Source of the DNA: Owenia fusiformis
Taxonomy: Eukaryota
Reading direction: 5' to 3'
DNA: 64,000 nt
Assembly (NCBI GenBank): GCA_903813345.2
Contig: CAIIXF020000001.1
Location: 41,974,001-42,038,000 of the forward strand
Below the pieces are notes generated by a model. That model had not been told where the DNA came from, ran no database searches, and worked only from the letters and a program-made list of their open reading frames with translations. The translations under genes were made by a program, and so were the position numbers. This document shows, one piece after another, positions 13,697 through 28,058 of this stretch (positions are counted from its first letter, which is position 1; each line of letters starts with the position of its first letter).

Positions 13697-14699
13697 TATA
13701 TCATAAACAAAGCAAAGCTTGCCTAGTTGCCCTTTATTTTAAATATTTATTGATACATGTCTATTATTTATTTTGTTATATCATATTTGACACTTTAAAT
13801 CACTATCATATCTTTTATAAGGTCGAATCATGAATTTGAAGTAATCATGTCCATGATCAAATCAAATTACTATTTTCACGAACATTTTGCATTGATGATG
13901 GCCGGTCGTTTCATTTGTTCATGCTATGTTTGGAAATTCCATCATAACATTTCATTCTTTGTCTTACATCATGTTGTCATGGAGACGTTTTGCAGATTGA
14001 ATGGTCTTCAGCTATGTTTATTCAAAGTCTTCATCATATCAATTCATCAGTCACGAATTGCAACAATCAATCAAAGGTGCATCATCCCGATCATTTGACT
14101 TCTTGATCTACACTTTTCATGTTGAGTCTATTAGAGATATGATGCTAACTCTCTCTCAAATAATCCTTGCTAGTAAAGTTTAAAGTGAAATGGTTCTCAG
14201 AGGTAATAAAGGCATTTAGCGGATGTGGAAAGAGCAAATGTAGGCATATTACAAATCACGAGGGGCAAATAGAGAAGAAATTCAAATAGTCTTCTGGTTG
14301 ATATATGATGGTATAAGAAAATAAGAGATATCACTGGAATAAAAGTAGCATTACAATTAGCCTTTCTCTCGTTCATAAGGAATACAATTTAGTATATTCT
14401 GGGTACAAGTTTTTTTTTTCAAATAATTTGTTTATTTCTAGATATTGATGTCCATTCATACATTTCACTTGTAACGGTCTTGCCTCAAGACCCCGGGCTA
14501 GATACTCTAATTATTGTGTTGTTTAGATAGGAGTCAGGTCAACAGTCTTGGAGCAAGAGTGCATTTGTAACAAAGTGCGTCGTGTTTTCCCATTTAAACA
14601 GAGGTTATAATCCGGGATGTTTTGGATATAAGGCATTTCGCGAGGGAAATATATCTACCCCAAGACAGAGGAGACTTGTGAATCTCCCTCGTTAATACC

Positions 14700-15071
14700 A
14701 GATCACGGATTTGGTTCACATTTTATATGCTGATGCCCAGAGACAAAGGAGCTCTGCTCAAGAAGACATTTTAAATATGGCCACTGAATCTCAAAATGGC
14801 CGCCATTTAAAAAAAGTAATCTTTGATGACTCAAATACCAGTGGACAGATTTGGGTCAAAGTTCACATGCTGATGCATAGGGACAGAGGAGCTCTGGTCG
14901 ATAAGATGACAACTCAATTTCAAATTGGCAATCATGTTTCATAAAAACATAATCTTTGATAACTCAAATACCAGTGGATGAATTTGGCTCCAATTTTATA
15001 TAGCCGCTATTTATCAAAACATGTTTTGTTCGGTCGGATTTGCTACTCCGTGGAGTTGCTGTTTTTCTAGT
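14700..15071 (+). mobile_element. Helitron-like non-autonomous element 3' end with internal tandem units
   Basis: Repeated aatctttgat(g/a)actcaaataccagtgga units, then hairpin gctactcc-gt-ggagttgc (15042-15059) and CTAG at 15067-15070 followed by T. Confidence 0.5.
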
Positions 15072-15988
15072 TCATATAATGTCTCTGAAATCTTTATTTT
15101 TTTGTATTTTTCCTGAAGTTTTGGATTAGCTAGCATGTCATGTATTGTTCTATTTCTAGGGTATATTTAGAGTACAGTCGTTACATAATGGTTAATTTAT
15201 GGTTGCTATGGTTGCATGAACTATGGCACCCTGGAGAAGATTATTGATAAAAGCGTGTTACCATATCAACCATATCTAAACTAACATGTTGTGATCAGTC
15301 AGATAGAACGATGCTTATTGTACATTATAAAAAATAAAAAAAAATATTATAAAGAAGATACTTTATGAGGATACCATATTCAGTACTACAGATTAGATGT
15401 TCTAAATGATGCATTTCTTAAAATGCTTATTTCAAAACATCAGTTACACACTGCACCATTCAACGAGGCGTAAAAAGGTAACACATGGCCTTTTAGATAG
15501 TCAATAATAAATACAATTATAAAGCGTGGTAGACACAAGATGGGTAAGTATAGACAATATTTATCACAAGGGGAAGTCTAGAGCCAATTAAACTGTTCTG
15601 ACCATTATTAACAAGAAGGAAGCTAAGATAAAGAGGCGATCAACAAAAAGGTAGAGATTAATCTTGTCCTCCTTTACAAGATAAACGGTTTAGTATTCTA
15701 TCTACCTCCGTATTTAAAGATATTAATGGCATGTCTATATTATTATTCAGGTTCGTGTAACTTGTTTGTGGAATCCCAGAAGTTTTTCCCTTCCTAATTA
15801 ATCTTATGATATCGTCCGTGGAGTTTCGTATTGTCTCATCACAAAATATATCATATCATTTTCACATTTTTAATACAGAGTGGGCTAAAAATTGTAACAA
15901 TCATTTTCAATTGAGTATAAGTTCATATTAATGCAGCTAAAGTAAATCTAAAGCATGGTCAATGGTTATCGATATATCGAAACAATCA

Positions 15989-17334
15989 CACGGTGTCCAA
16001 CCCAAACGCTCTTACATGTACGACGAAGCGTTTCATTACTGAAACTAAACAAACGCTGCAGAGTAAGAAAAATGGCGGGCGGGAATGATGAGCCGTCTGA
16101 CAATTTCCCCAATAATGGGAATAAGTGTTACTTATTTCGAGTATACCATTCGATGAGAAGACTTCTGGTTTGCCATACTTATATAGGGGAGTGTAGCAAT
16201 TACTGATCGAGTAATATGGTTCCATTTGATGGGTTAGATATTCATGTTGTACTTGGCTAGCTGTTGACGTTTGAAGCAATTAGGAAGAGCCGTACGAAAC
16301 AGTATAGTTATCATATAATTCATAAACGTACGTGTCATTCTACCGGTAAAAACCCCCTTTGTTGAGACATGTGATTTGTTGAGTCAAGATTAGAGCATCA
16401 GGGATATTTTGGTCAAATTCAAGTTTCACACCATACATTATCGTAATTGTGATTTGATGACCGAAAATCCAGTCTTATAAATGATGACATTCTCATATTC
16501 AAGAAACGCTACGATCTGGTTAACACAGTGAAGTGGAAACGCTGCGGTACTAGTCTAGATATTTAGGAATTAGCTTGACTTTCCTTTTCAGGAAGAGAAA
16601 GAAAAGATCTATTATACCCCTTGGCATCAAAAGAAGAAAGATTAATTCACATTTAAACTTTTTGTCAATAGTTTTATGTTTTTGCACACATGTAGGCATA
16701 CCATCATCTCATGTAGGCTTAAGTCGGCCTGTTGCATGTGTAGCACCACCAGGTTCAGATGTTTCAATTTGCCTAACAAGTACAACATGTTTTTATAGAT
16801 ATATTTCATTCCGGATTCCTCTCTAATAATCTGAAAATAATATCAAAACAAAATGGTAAGAGCGTTTCTAAAATTGTGTCCAAAATCGACAGAGCGTTTT
16901 GAAGAAAACAAGCGATTTCTCGAGAACAAGTTATGGACTAAGACTGGGATTTAAGCAAATGACAATATACGAGTTTATGATCTACTACTTTAATAGAAAG
17001 ATTGACGTTCTCATATAAATACTAGTTTAATACGTAATTTGTGGTCAATTCGTCAACTTCAGATTCGTTCGATCTACACTACGGAGCTTTGATCAAGCAA
17101 ATAACAGTTTGCCACCAGAAGTTGAGTAAATAAGATCTTTGCTCAGGGTATTGTTCATCGCATGGTACATTCTATGTCACACTATAACGTATGATATCTA
17201 AGAGAAACAAGTGAAACAATACTTACAGTCATAGTGGTACCTTCATTAGCAGCCATTTTATTTCACTCCGCAGCGTTTCCGCCTGAATAAAACGCCCCGT
17301 CGTGCATGTAAGAGCGTTTTGGTTGGACACCGTG
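15989..17334. mobile_element. CACGG-ended DNA transposon remnant (Chapaev/Transib-like)
   Basis: ~40-bp TIR CACGGTGTCCAACC(C/A)AAACGCTCTTACATG at both ends; TSD not clean (AATCA vs ACTTA). Confidence 0.7.
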
Positions 17335-17551
17335 ACTTATTTACAATTTCAAAACGTCAACTCAGGCTGATTGAAGGCATGTTACCCTAATCGCAGTGTT
17401 TAGTTCTAAACTAATATAACCTTTGGAGAGGAGATGCTACCTTTGAGAAGCTTAACTAATGCAAATTGTGAACGCATTTTGAGGACGTTCCTGAGTATTC
17501 AGCATACCAAGATGCCCAATCGACGAGAAAAGTTGAAGATTTTAAAAGATT

Positions 17552-17972
17552 GATTTTAAGAGACTTGTACTTTTAACCTCTAACGACTAATTAAATAGTT
17601 AATTAATTAATAGCATTTTCGATTTCAGTGAAAGTTTTCCACAATAAAAACTTTGATTAATACAATTATGTCATTTGATTATATTTTCCATGCCTTTTTA
17701 AAAAACTTAGGCCAAATCTCCTTTGATGCAGTTCTAAAATTCTTTAAAACCTTGGTTTATTCCCTTGACAATCAAACATTTCATGATTAATCACACTAGG
17801 TACATTGGCAGGGTCATCTCATAGTATACCATAAAGTTTCAGACAGATTCAACTAACACTTTTTTAAAAATCATTAAATTAAGGGATTAATGCAAGTTTA
17901 TAGCATGGAAGGCTATGGCAGTCTGGCCCAAGCAAAACGAAGAATGACAAGAGTGACATCTATTATGTCAGA
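17552..17972. repeat. Dispersed repeat, copy 2 (see 257-655)
   Basis: Colinear similarity to 257-655. Confidence 0.7.
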
Positions 17973-18489
17973 TTAATTCAGCCATATATAGAAACTATGG
18001 CTATTGAAAAATTTAGTCTACAATAGTCTAACTTTTCGACAAAGATCGAAATATATCATTTTTGTAATCTAAACTAAGTTTGGAAAAACCGCTACTTGTT
18101 TGATATATTTGATTATATCGGTGCCATTGTTATCTCTGTGTGAATCACAATTAATCATCAACAGTCACCAATCACTAGTCCTTAGTAAAATGATCTAAGA
18201 TGGTGGACAATCAAAATTCACGAAAATACAACGTTCTTTTCAACATCTTTTCAACATTAACGGCTTATATTTCTTCGAGGCTACTCAAGCATATCGTCTG
18301 ATATTATGTGGACTTAGAAACGTCTTACAAACAAGTCACATTATGATATTCAATTTACAAAACACGATCCAGGAAATAGCATTTGGTCTGTGTTAATACT
18401 TTTTACTGAGAGAGATCTATCTCTGCAAAAATAGTCATCGTCAATTAAATGAATCACTGATTTTCAAATTGTTGTCTCCAATGTACATA

Positions 18490-18756
18490 CACTCCCCTCC
18501 ATAAGTTTGGCAACCTTAGCTCCCCCATTGAACTACGTGGTAAAGCCTCTTTACGTTTGAATTTTTATTTACTTAACCGGCGAGGAAATACCGATTGAGA
18601 AAATTTGGAGGTATTGGAAATGAAATCAAATTACGTTTCCATCAATAGCATAAGTATTTTCATTGCAGGTTAAGAAAATTAAAATTCAAAGGTAAAGGGG
18701 CTTTAACACGTAGTTCAATGGGGGAGCTAAGGTTGCCAAACTTATGGAGGGGAGTG
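18490..18756. mobile_element. 267-bp Tc1/mariner MITE
   Basis: TA|CACTCCCCTCCATAAGTTTGGCAACCTTAGCTCCCCCATTGAACTACGTG is matched by a perfect inverted right end followed by TA. Confidence 0.92.
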
Positions 18757-19254
18757 TATATAAAAGAAGTATACTAGAAATATAGGGAGATATCTTAAAT
18801 CCATTTCTTTTTTCAATGATCGATTGTAGGCCTACTTGTCAATTGAAATTATGATATGACCGTTTATTAGTTGCAGTGTAACTGGGGATTCTGATGAAAG
18901 ATGCAGGCTAGACCAAAAACGCCAATGTGGATGTAAAAAAGCAAAATTTTGAATTTCTTTTGAAAAAGTTGCGTACGCAGCCTGTATTTAAACTGCCATT
19001 TCAAATTCATTTAAAACGAGTAATTATGCACATTTTGTATATCGTGTCCCAAAACGTTATGGCTATAATCATAAAGAATGATGTCTCCATGACCTCCGCA
19101 AATCAGAAAAACAAAGAAAAACATATAGTTGACATATCTGATGTAGATTTCAGACAATTTGACGAATAAGGATATTAATTTAGACACGTTTTGCTTCAGA
19201 GAGCATGAATTCATGAAAAATTCAAAATGAAATACTATGCTATAAGGATGTGCC

Positions 19255-19322
19255 AGTGAAGTCAGTCCACTCAAATAAGGATCGAACCTACGACACCTCG
19301 CTGTCGGGGCGTGTGTTCTCAA
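19255..19322 (-). mobile_element. tRNA-derived SINE head remnant
   Basis: Minus strand has B-box GGTTCGATCC (19279-19288) in a T-arm-like context; no A-box or cloverleaf seen. Confidence 0.4.
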
Positions 19323-19666
19323 TATATCTTTTTATAATGAAATACACCTGATATGAAGGTTGTACGCTGATTAAAAACAGCCAATTTGATTCAAGTGTTA
19401 GCATCAGTGAAAAAAACTGGGTTTTTAGACCAAACACAGATGTATAGAAAAGTAGAAATTATCTGGAGGCGTAATTGGAACTTTGTGTTTCTTTGCGAAT
19501 GTGACTGTATATAATTTAATCTTAAACATTTGCCCAATGGACGATGTTATTTGATTATGCTAAACCATGCTAATAAAAAACTTCTTCTGGGTGAACAGTT
19601 CCGTAATTCAAAATCTGGTCATTTTTCACTTCCACAAATTTTGTCCGGTTTTTGTTCCTCTTGTTA

Positions 19667-19806
19667 TGCCTTGGTCACATAGGCTCCGATTTTCACTACG
19701 GCGCCCGGCCGATTGAGTATTTTGTTCAAAATTGAATACAATATTGAACAAAACACTCAATCGGCCGGGCGCCGGCCGATGGATCGGAGCATATGTGACC
19801 CAGGCA
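19667..19806. mobile_element. 140-bp PIF/Harbinger MITE, copy 2
   Basis: Same length and TIRs as 10354-10493; TTA TSD on both sides. Confidence 0.9.
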
Positions 19807-20849
19807 TTAGTGTATTCTGTTGGGATGCGACAGAAGTTTTCAAGTCAGCAAGTCAGACTCTACCGAGCTCAAGGAAAATGAGAGTTCCGAAAATGTCGAT
19901 TGACTTTTAAAACCACGAACGAGATAACTGAAGAAGGAGAATACTCCAGATTTAAAGATGAATTATACCTTATGATTACGTTAAATTACAACGTTGTGAT
20001 GCCTGAAAAGTATGGTGATCTGTAATTAGTAGGGATTGGTAGAGAACATACCAACTGACTGCAAATGATTATACCAGTTTGTAAACAAGCTCTTTAAGCT
20101 AAAATCCCTAATGGACCTAGAGGGATTAGTGGCGTTAATGCACTCCCATGTTAACAATAATTAGAAGCTCGTGACACTTTATTTAAATACATACTCATTT
20201 ATATGCACAATACCATGCGTCCATTGTGGAATCCACAGTCTGGACTATCCCTCATTCTGATACTCATAGCATCTTTCTGTTTCACCTGAAGGGCTGAGAA
20301 GAATTGAGATGTCATGGTTTATCATGATGACTATCCCTCGGAATACACAGCATTAATGATAAATCGGAATGCCATGTTTCAGTTTCAAGAAAAGTAAAGA
20401 ACCATCTTCAACAGGGCGTCACTTTTGTGACGGTTACTGGCCTCACATTTAAAAAGTTAGAATTGGACAAAAATACCACTGTGTGCTCTGAGACTGATAT
20501 TACTATATTTGACTATCATATAACAAGACAGCAATAATATGTGTACGATATCTTAAAGATTTATAAACCACCAACACTTCCAAACCAAAAGTTCATTTTA
20601 TCATGATCGGGTCATGTGTCGGGGATATAAAGTCAGCACGTGTTTGTTTTCGCGGCAAATCTGATTTCATTTTCAGAGCAGAAATTTTACGTCACGTGAC
20701 ATGATTGATAAATGACACTTCGTCAGGAATCAATTTGCCGAAAAATACGATTTGGTGAATAAAAACAAAACCCTGGCCTCAAAAACGAGTTGTTCACTCT
20801 TAGATCAGGGGGGCGCAGAGTAGTCGAAGTCGAACGAATGCCAAGGGTA

Positions 20850-21035
20850 TCGTATCAGGGGATTCCCCTTGGCTTTCCCGTATGGTCATACAAGTCTTAT
20901 ATGGATCTATCACATGGTATTAAAATGGCGGCAATAGTAAATTGGATTCCTTTATGGTCCCCCAATCCTTATATGGATCTATCACATGATATTCAAAATG
21001 GCAAACAAAGGTCAGTTGTGGTCCTATAAGCCTTA
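20850..21035. repeat. Dispersed repeat family with tandem tatggtcc...tatatggatctatcacatgg subunits
   Basis: Direct copy at ~26262-26408 and inverted partial copy at ~22738-22815. Confidence 0.6.
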
Positions 21036-24000
21036 TAGTCGATGGTATGAAATCTCTAGGACGTCTAATAAAGGAGTTGGTAGCACACTATAGCGCAGCG
21101 ATATTTGACCTTACATTAACATACCTACATATGTCCCCTAATAATTTTTATTATAACCGTTCAATATACTCCCGGCTTTTAGGCTGAATTATGCCTGCCA
21201 TTAACAGAGGTCAAAAAATCACCAAAAAATAAAATCCCTATTTTTTACAATTTGGAGTACACAATACAATAGAAAATAATAAAAAATGATTTTGAATATA
21301 TTAGGTTTATGTTTCTAAGCTATAAGTTTGAGGTTATTTTTCTTATCAATACCAAAAAATATGTAATCAGTGTATCAACGTTTTGTATTGTTTCATAGGT
21401 ATTTATAAGATAAATGCTACAAATGAATCACTTTTATATTGAAATGACAAATGTTTAAATTATGCTAGTTTTTCACAAAAGGGATCTCAAAACGTTTTGA
21501 GATATGGACTTTTATTTATCGGTCAAAATTATAAATAAAGGCGGGCCTATTGCTCTTCCTTGACTAATTGGGACTACAGCTAAAATTCTATTTCCCGTAG
21601 TTAGATATAGCTCAGTTGCTTATAAAACAACCATCAAGACTTGATCGAATTCATGAATAATTGAGAAAAATCGTCCTTATCTTCCTAAATTTTGATTGTA
21701 TCCAGCGGTAAGGTCAAATAACAAACAGCCATCATAAAACTTGATGATAGCCACAAGTAACGTCGAGGAAGAACTTCAGGGCATTCGATTGCATATGACT
21801 CTAATTGATTATTAGACATGCCCTTGGAATATATGAACATTCCAATACCTCTGTAACATTTTATTAGATATAAATCTTACCTTTTTTCTATTGTATTATG
21901 TTTTGTAAAACATGAACAATAATTTGTTGTTAGACCCCTTGCGATTATATGGAAAAATTCTGGTAATAAAATATTTTAAATGGTAAGAAAACTAACATGT
22001 TCCCAATCATAAATTACCTAAATATTCCACATAATTGTTTCGAATCGGCTTGGCTCATATTTGAAAAATCAAACAAAATCTGAAAAACACACTTGCATAA
22101 TTACACTAATTAAACACCGACATCTACGGTAAAATTAAATAGTATATTTTTAAATTATGATAATTTATTTTTGTTCGCATGCTTAGAATAACGGTCTGTG
22201 TCTTATAAAATGTATAAAAGTTCGAATCAAAATATTTACGTTTTTTGACCCCTTGTGATGAAAGACATTTTTCAAACCACATGGGTACCACTTGACCTAA
22301 TACGAATGCTGAGCTTTGGGAGATCTTCCTCTGTTATAGGACCATCAGGGGAGGGGAGACATTTCTCACGGAGATGACCTTTGGTATTGGCACGTTCGAT
22401 AACTAACAATGCAGGCCTCATTCAGGCCATTGGAATGGATCTCACAATGTTCGCTGTTGTTTTATGAGTATTCTCTACAAGTTTGGATCGAGTTACTTCA
22501 AAAGTATTACCGTAGTTTTGAAACTGATGATGATGTTGAAATGATGTTAGGATGTTAAACTGAAATAAACGCCACTTTCACGATTTCTAATTTTTCTTTG
22601 CGCACGCTCGGCACTGAGAGAGCACGTGCTCATGGTTGTTCACGTGATCACATCCTGCAATTTGATTGGACATCATATACTGGGTAATCCCCGAATACGA
22701 TAGAATATGAAAGAATACTCACAGGTCCAAATGAAACTTGTAGGACCATACAGGGAAAGCTGAGGAGAAGCCCCTGATTCCAATAACTATGGGCGTTACT
22801 CACTTCTGCCCTTAGATTGAACCAATTATTGCATGGTTATAGGCTTTATAATATATCAATTTTACAAAGGTGTACCAGATCAGTAAGTGGGTATGGTTTG
22901 CATCGCATCCTCCTGAAGAATTGGATCCTTTTTCAAGAATCTAGAGTTACAGGTTGTTTCTTCTTTTACACACATTAACAACCATTAAAGTAACAGTCTC
23001 AGTCTGTAACTTGTTTTCTATCGTGACCAAACCAAAGTGTGTTTTGAATTAATTTTACTGTCCAAGATCTGTCATGGTGTTTGCTACACCATCGTGAGGT
23101 CAGCCTAGATTAGGAAATTGTATTACCTTAGTAATGTGATGATTAGATCAGGAATCGATTATTTTGAAATCAAAACCTGGCGTCAAAGTGAGTTAGGTCA
23201 TTAGACCTTTTGTTTGTTAACTGATGGAATTAACGATAGTCATACCGTACTTACTTATTGATAGAGCAGCATTAAAGAGGAGCAATGAGGGTCGGATTGG
23301 TATGCGATCTTGCAAGTAGGAAAAATAATCACCATTGTCATCATAGTGTAAATTTGAACATATCGGCATTAGATTTTGAACCAAAGTTACTGGACCCCAC
23401 ACCAGGACGTCGGTCCGTTCCAGTGACAAAATGGATGAATATCCGTAAAAGAAAATGGTTAAAAGTTTTCATTTTCATCATGTTGGCCAATAAGAGGTAG
23501 AGCTGTATTCCGATACTCTACTCATGTCTTAGAAGTTACCCCCGTTTACACAAAAGGTATGTTTAAATGTGGCTAACAAACTTTCTTCCCTCCCTAAAAG
23601 TTACTTGATTTAGATAATTTTCGAATATACTAGTTCGTCTCCCTTTGAATAGCAAAACAGCTCATTAAAGGGAAAAAGAGTTACGCTTCGAATGCGGGTA
23701 TTTAAATACATCATATACTATAATTGCGATGGAGTCAACAATATGTCATTTTTGCTCTCATCAGTATGTTATCATGGTTTTTTCAATTCTACGAATTTGC
23801 ATATTTCTGCATCTTGAATCTTAAATAGAGTCATGTTTGACATCCCAAATCGTTTCATAGAATACAATTAGGGATGAAGCTAAAAGGGGAACATTCATGA
23901 TTGACATGCCTTTTTTGAAAGATTGCATCCAGTAATTTATATTCTGTATCCCTTTTACTTCCTTTATGAGTTTGTCGTTAGAACCCTGATTGAAATAAAT

Positions 24001-24222
24001 CTGATGTCATACAGCGATTTACTAATGATGATGTTTAGCATTTCTATTTGAATATGACTTATAGTTTTAGATCACCAGCGTCACGTTTATCAGTTTAATA
24101 GAAGCGTTTCAAAATACTAATGCATTTCTGCTCTGAGATTCCCTGGCTTACACATTGATAGATATATATTTGATTCTTAGCTATTATATTTGAAATGTGA
24201 TAAATCTTAACGAAAAATGATA

Positions 24223-25200
24223 ACCCTACTATCACAACAAACTCGTTCAAATACGTTCTCGAAAACAGGCTTTAACTGTGCACGAACGGATTGGACGTAC
24301 ATAGAACCATTTGATCGTACTCGAACGGGAAGGTCATCAAGAACTTATAGCATGCTCAAAATTGTCTGGTGGTCGTCAAATTCTGCAATCAGAACGAGTA
24401 ACAACGTAACTAAGGTGACCTGGAAGTATTACGAACAGAACTCTCGTACTTCAATCCTACTAGGGACGTATTGAGAACGAGATAGAAATGTGTTCTTTAG
24501 TGATTTTGTTCCTTTTAGATGATTTTGGAGAAAATATTTTGCAATGTGTGAAAATAATTTAAGCCCAAGACTCAATGCGTTGTAGCTGCTTCATTCCACT
24601 CAGGCGTTGTTTCCTAAACTTTGCATTCCCGCTGCGCGGTCATGCAGATTTGGAAACAACACCTTCTTTGTATGATTCAGTAAACAATGCACTGAGTCCA
24701 GGGCTTAAATCCTTAATTCACTTTTTGTGATTTTATAAATTTTCAAAAATGATAGAAAAATTTAAACCACATTTCCTTGATGTAATTTTTCATGTAGATT
24801 TCAAATATGCTATATTTGACTGAATTTCGAATAGCTAATGATGTAAATCAGCATTATTTCTACTCGTTATATATTCTATTGCCAACGGGTTTAATCATAC
24901 TAAGAACGTAATTGGACTGCTTAGATACGTTGAGTAGACAGAATAAAGACTACTAAGGAACCAGTTAGCAAAACTAGCTATCTCACCAAAGTAGTTGTCA
25001 CTGCGTTCTTAATCCAAACGTTACCGAACTGGCTTGAAACAGTGTGCGAACGGAATGAATGTAGCTGCAACTTCCTACGGTCTATTTACGAACTTCAAAG
25101 ACATGCCCAGACGGGAAGGTGATCTAGAATTTTTAACCATTTCAGAATGCGATGGCCATAACGCTCTGTTATTAGATCGTGTACCAACTCACAGCTAAGA
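24223..25200. mobile_element. Fragmented copy of the CCCTACTATCAC MITE family
   Basis: taaccctactatcaca... at 24221 and internal blocks (gtgtgcgaacggaatgaa, tttacgaacttca) match 25415-25982; interrupted at ~24480-24890. Confidence 0.6.
24558..24710. repeat. ~150-bp imperfect hairpin element
   Basis: tttaagccc...actcaatgc...gttgtttcc...tgca pairs with tgca...ggaaacaac...gcactgagt...gggcttaaa. Confidence 0.65.
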
Positions 25201-25414
25201 CGTTTTGACGCTGTTAAGAATAGTTTTTGACGCCTTTAAAACTCATTTTTAGCGCCGTTCAAAATGTCGCATCTTCAAATTCCAAGGTGGTTATAACACA
25301 AGTTGGAGCAACTGAAACCTTGTGAATCAAGATGGGATTTCGTGAAATTCAAAATTAAAGAGTCGCCATTTTCACTTCAGATTTTGAATCGCGAGTTTTG
25401 GTCTCATTAGTTAA

Positions 25415-25982
25415 CCCTACTATCACACCAAACTAGTTCTCACCACGTTCTCGAAAATGGGCTTCAACTGTGTACGAACGGACTGGACGTACTTAGAACC
25501 GTTTGGGGTCTGTTTACAAACTTCATCGAACGTCCTCGAACGGGTAGGTCTGCTAGAGCTTAGAATATGCTCAAAATGTTCTCGTGGTAACTGCGTTCTT
25601 CAAAACTGGTTTTAAACTGTGTGCGAACGGAATGAACGTAGCTACAACGTTCTACGGTCTGTTTACGAACTTCATGGACTTTCTCGAACGGGGAATGTGA
25701 TTTAGAATTTTGAATCGATTCAAAATTCGATGGCGACCATACCGTTCTGTAATCAGGTCATGATGACTTTCTAGACTAAGGGACGCGTTATACTACGTTG
25801 CACACCGATGTGGTGCGACCTGAACGAACTGTGAATGAGATGGACGTATTGAAGACTGTTTATGAACGAAGTAGCTAATTAATTTAGACATATTTCCCGA
25901 CCACAGCCAGATTGAGCCCGTTTTACGACGTTTTCGTAGGACTGGCAAGAACGGGTAAGAACTAGTTTGGTGTGATAGGGGG
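25415..25982. mobile_element. PIF/Harbinger-type MITE (CCCTACTATCAC family)
   Basis: TIR ctatcacaccaaactagttct / agaactagtttggtgtgatag with TAA on both flanks; longer inverted relative at 33775-34567. Confidence 0.8.
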
Positions 25983-26584
25983 TAACAGACAATGTCAAAA
26001 CACAAAATAAGTGATCTAGATATTAGCTCAAATCTTTTGGATTGTTCATTATGAATTTATAGCCAGTTTAATGTCTTGACAATAACGAAATTTTCATTGT
26101 TGGAAAATATCGAGATTGCATTCCGGGAGCCAATCCTCCTTGGTGTTTGGATGGAATTTTACAAGTGTCCATTGGTCATCTGAGCACATATACTACGTTC
26201 AAAACTTCAGACTACATCAGGTATCAGAGGAAGTGAGTAGCCCCTTATTTCTTTGGTATTACTTGGTATCAGGGGATCCCCCTTAGCTTTCCCTACATGG
26301 TCCTACATGCCTTATATGGATCTTTCACATGGCATTTAAAATGGCGGACAACAAAACATGTTGGACTCCTATATGGTCCAATAGGCTTTATATGGATCTA
26401 TCACATGGAAACGGTGACCCAATACCACTGAACTTTGGGAGATCTCGCCCCTGTCGGGTATTAAATCAACGTCGTCTTAAGGAGCACAATGAAGGAGACG
26501 AGACACCATTTGATCATTCCTGACTTCATGGTAATCACTCAATTTAGCAGATTTGGGCTGCGTTTTTGAACTGCCCACGGGTTA

Positions 26585-26830
26585 GTGCAAATTACATATT
26601 CGAACATGACTGTATTCACGCCTTCTATAAACTGTAAACAAAGTCAACATTTCACCCGGGGTATATTCGCGAAGAATACCCCCGGTAATACACCCCTTAG
26701 TGCTAGGCACAAAAGCTTTCGAACCCCTCACTCCCTTCGGTCGTTCGGGGTACAGAAATAGTTTGTGCATAGTCCTGCGGGGTGTATTCGACAATATTAC
26801 CCCTGCTCTTCGGTCTATATTTCTTAAATA
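26585..26830. mobile_element. Hairpin-containing repeat element, family B copy 1
   Basis: ~100-nt stem-loop 26689-26787, closely matching 58393-58490. Confidence 0.7.
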
Positions 26831-28058
26831 TATAATAAGTATTTCCCTAGGTATCACGAAAAATAAAAATAAGCCCATGCGTTGCAAATTGAATGCTCAC
26901 TGTTTTCGAAAAGCAGTTCGAAGCGCACACTTAAACCGCTAAATACGCTGTGGCAACCCTGTCGGCTGCTCGCGTGTGTCAACCGCGCCGGCTTGTTGCT
27001 AGCACCACAGGGGCTCGATTGCAATAAACTGTGATGTCTTTCAAAAGAATTATGTGAGTGTTAGTGTGCTAGAATAAGCTTTTTGTTGTTGAAAACTCAT
27101 GAGCATGTAATGAGCACTGCAGGGCTTATTGTTCTTTTTAATGATACCAGGGGAGAAACCTCATTAAAATATTACGCAATTCACTAGCACCGCGGGCATA
27201 CAAAAATACAGTCTAGATAACATGACCAAACACAGGTATTTGTGAATTTTAAAACTAGGATAAACTAATGTTATAATAAACTATATGACCATTATCAATA
27301 TCAACCATATAAACACTGTGGCTAGTCGATCTATGTGGATGCAGTCAAGCACATGTAATGTTTCGTGAGTACCCGCCTCTGTACTTTTTAATGGAAGAAA
27401 TTTGCACTTTTGTTCAAATAATCTACATTTACTCATCCGTGTATATCATACTTCATTGATTTACCAATTCCAAAGCAACGCTATAAACACACATTCTCTG
27501 ATAATTTTACAGCGAATAGATAACTCAAACGAGTTCACTCGACCAGTTTTATCACCTCGCTCATAGCTGTGAGAAGGTATGTATAATTGCCATAGGTTTA
27601 CCTTATAATGGGGAATAAAACATTCAAGTAATATAATTATTTCACGTACACAAATATGTCTGTGTGAAGTAAAATACAAATACAACGCATTTTATAATAT
27701 TTTTGGGGTTATGGTATGAAATATCCGCTTTAAAAAAGCAATTTAATTATGATGTATCATGTGGATTAGTAGACGTTCTAATTGGATTCAATGAACAGAC
27801 TGGCTAGGTTTTAATTGAATCATTTTGAATGTGTGTATTTTTAATATTTTACATATATTTCTTAAACGCTCTCATTGGATACATCAGGAAGAAACAAATA
27901 TGGTTACATATAAACTTGAGTTGGGACAATAATTCAACAAAAATATAATTTTACAGTAGTATATGGTGAATATTTGATGCCCGACGATAATCTGATGTTT
28001 ACTCAAGATGATGGACATCTTGATTTTATTTTCAATATATATTGCAACTATTTTGTAG

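Noticed and set aside
19255..19322. Possible tRNA gene
   Set aside because: Only a B-box/T-arm-like part is present, with no acceptor stem or D-arm; treated as a SINE remnant.
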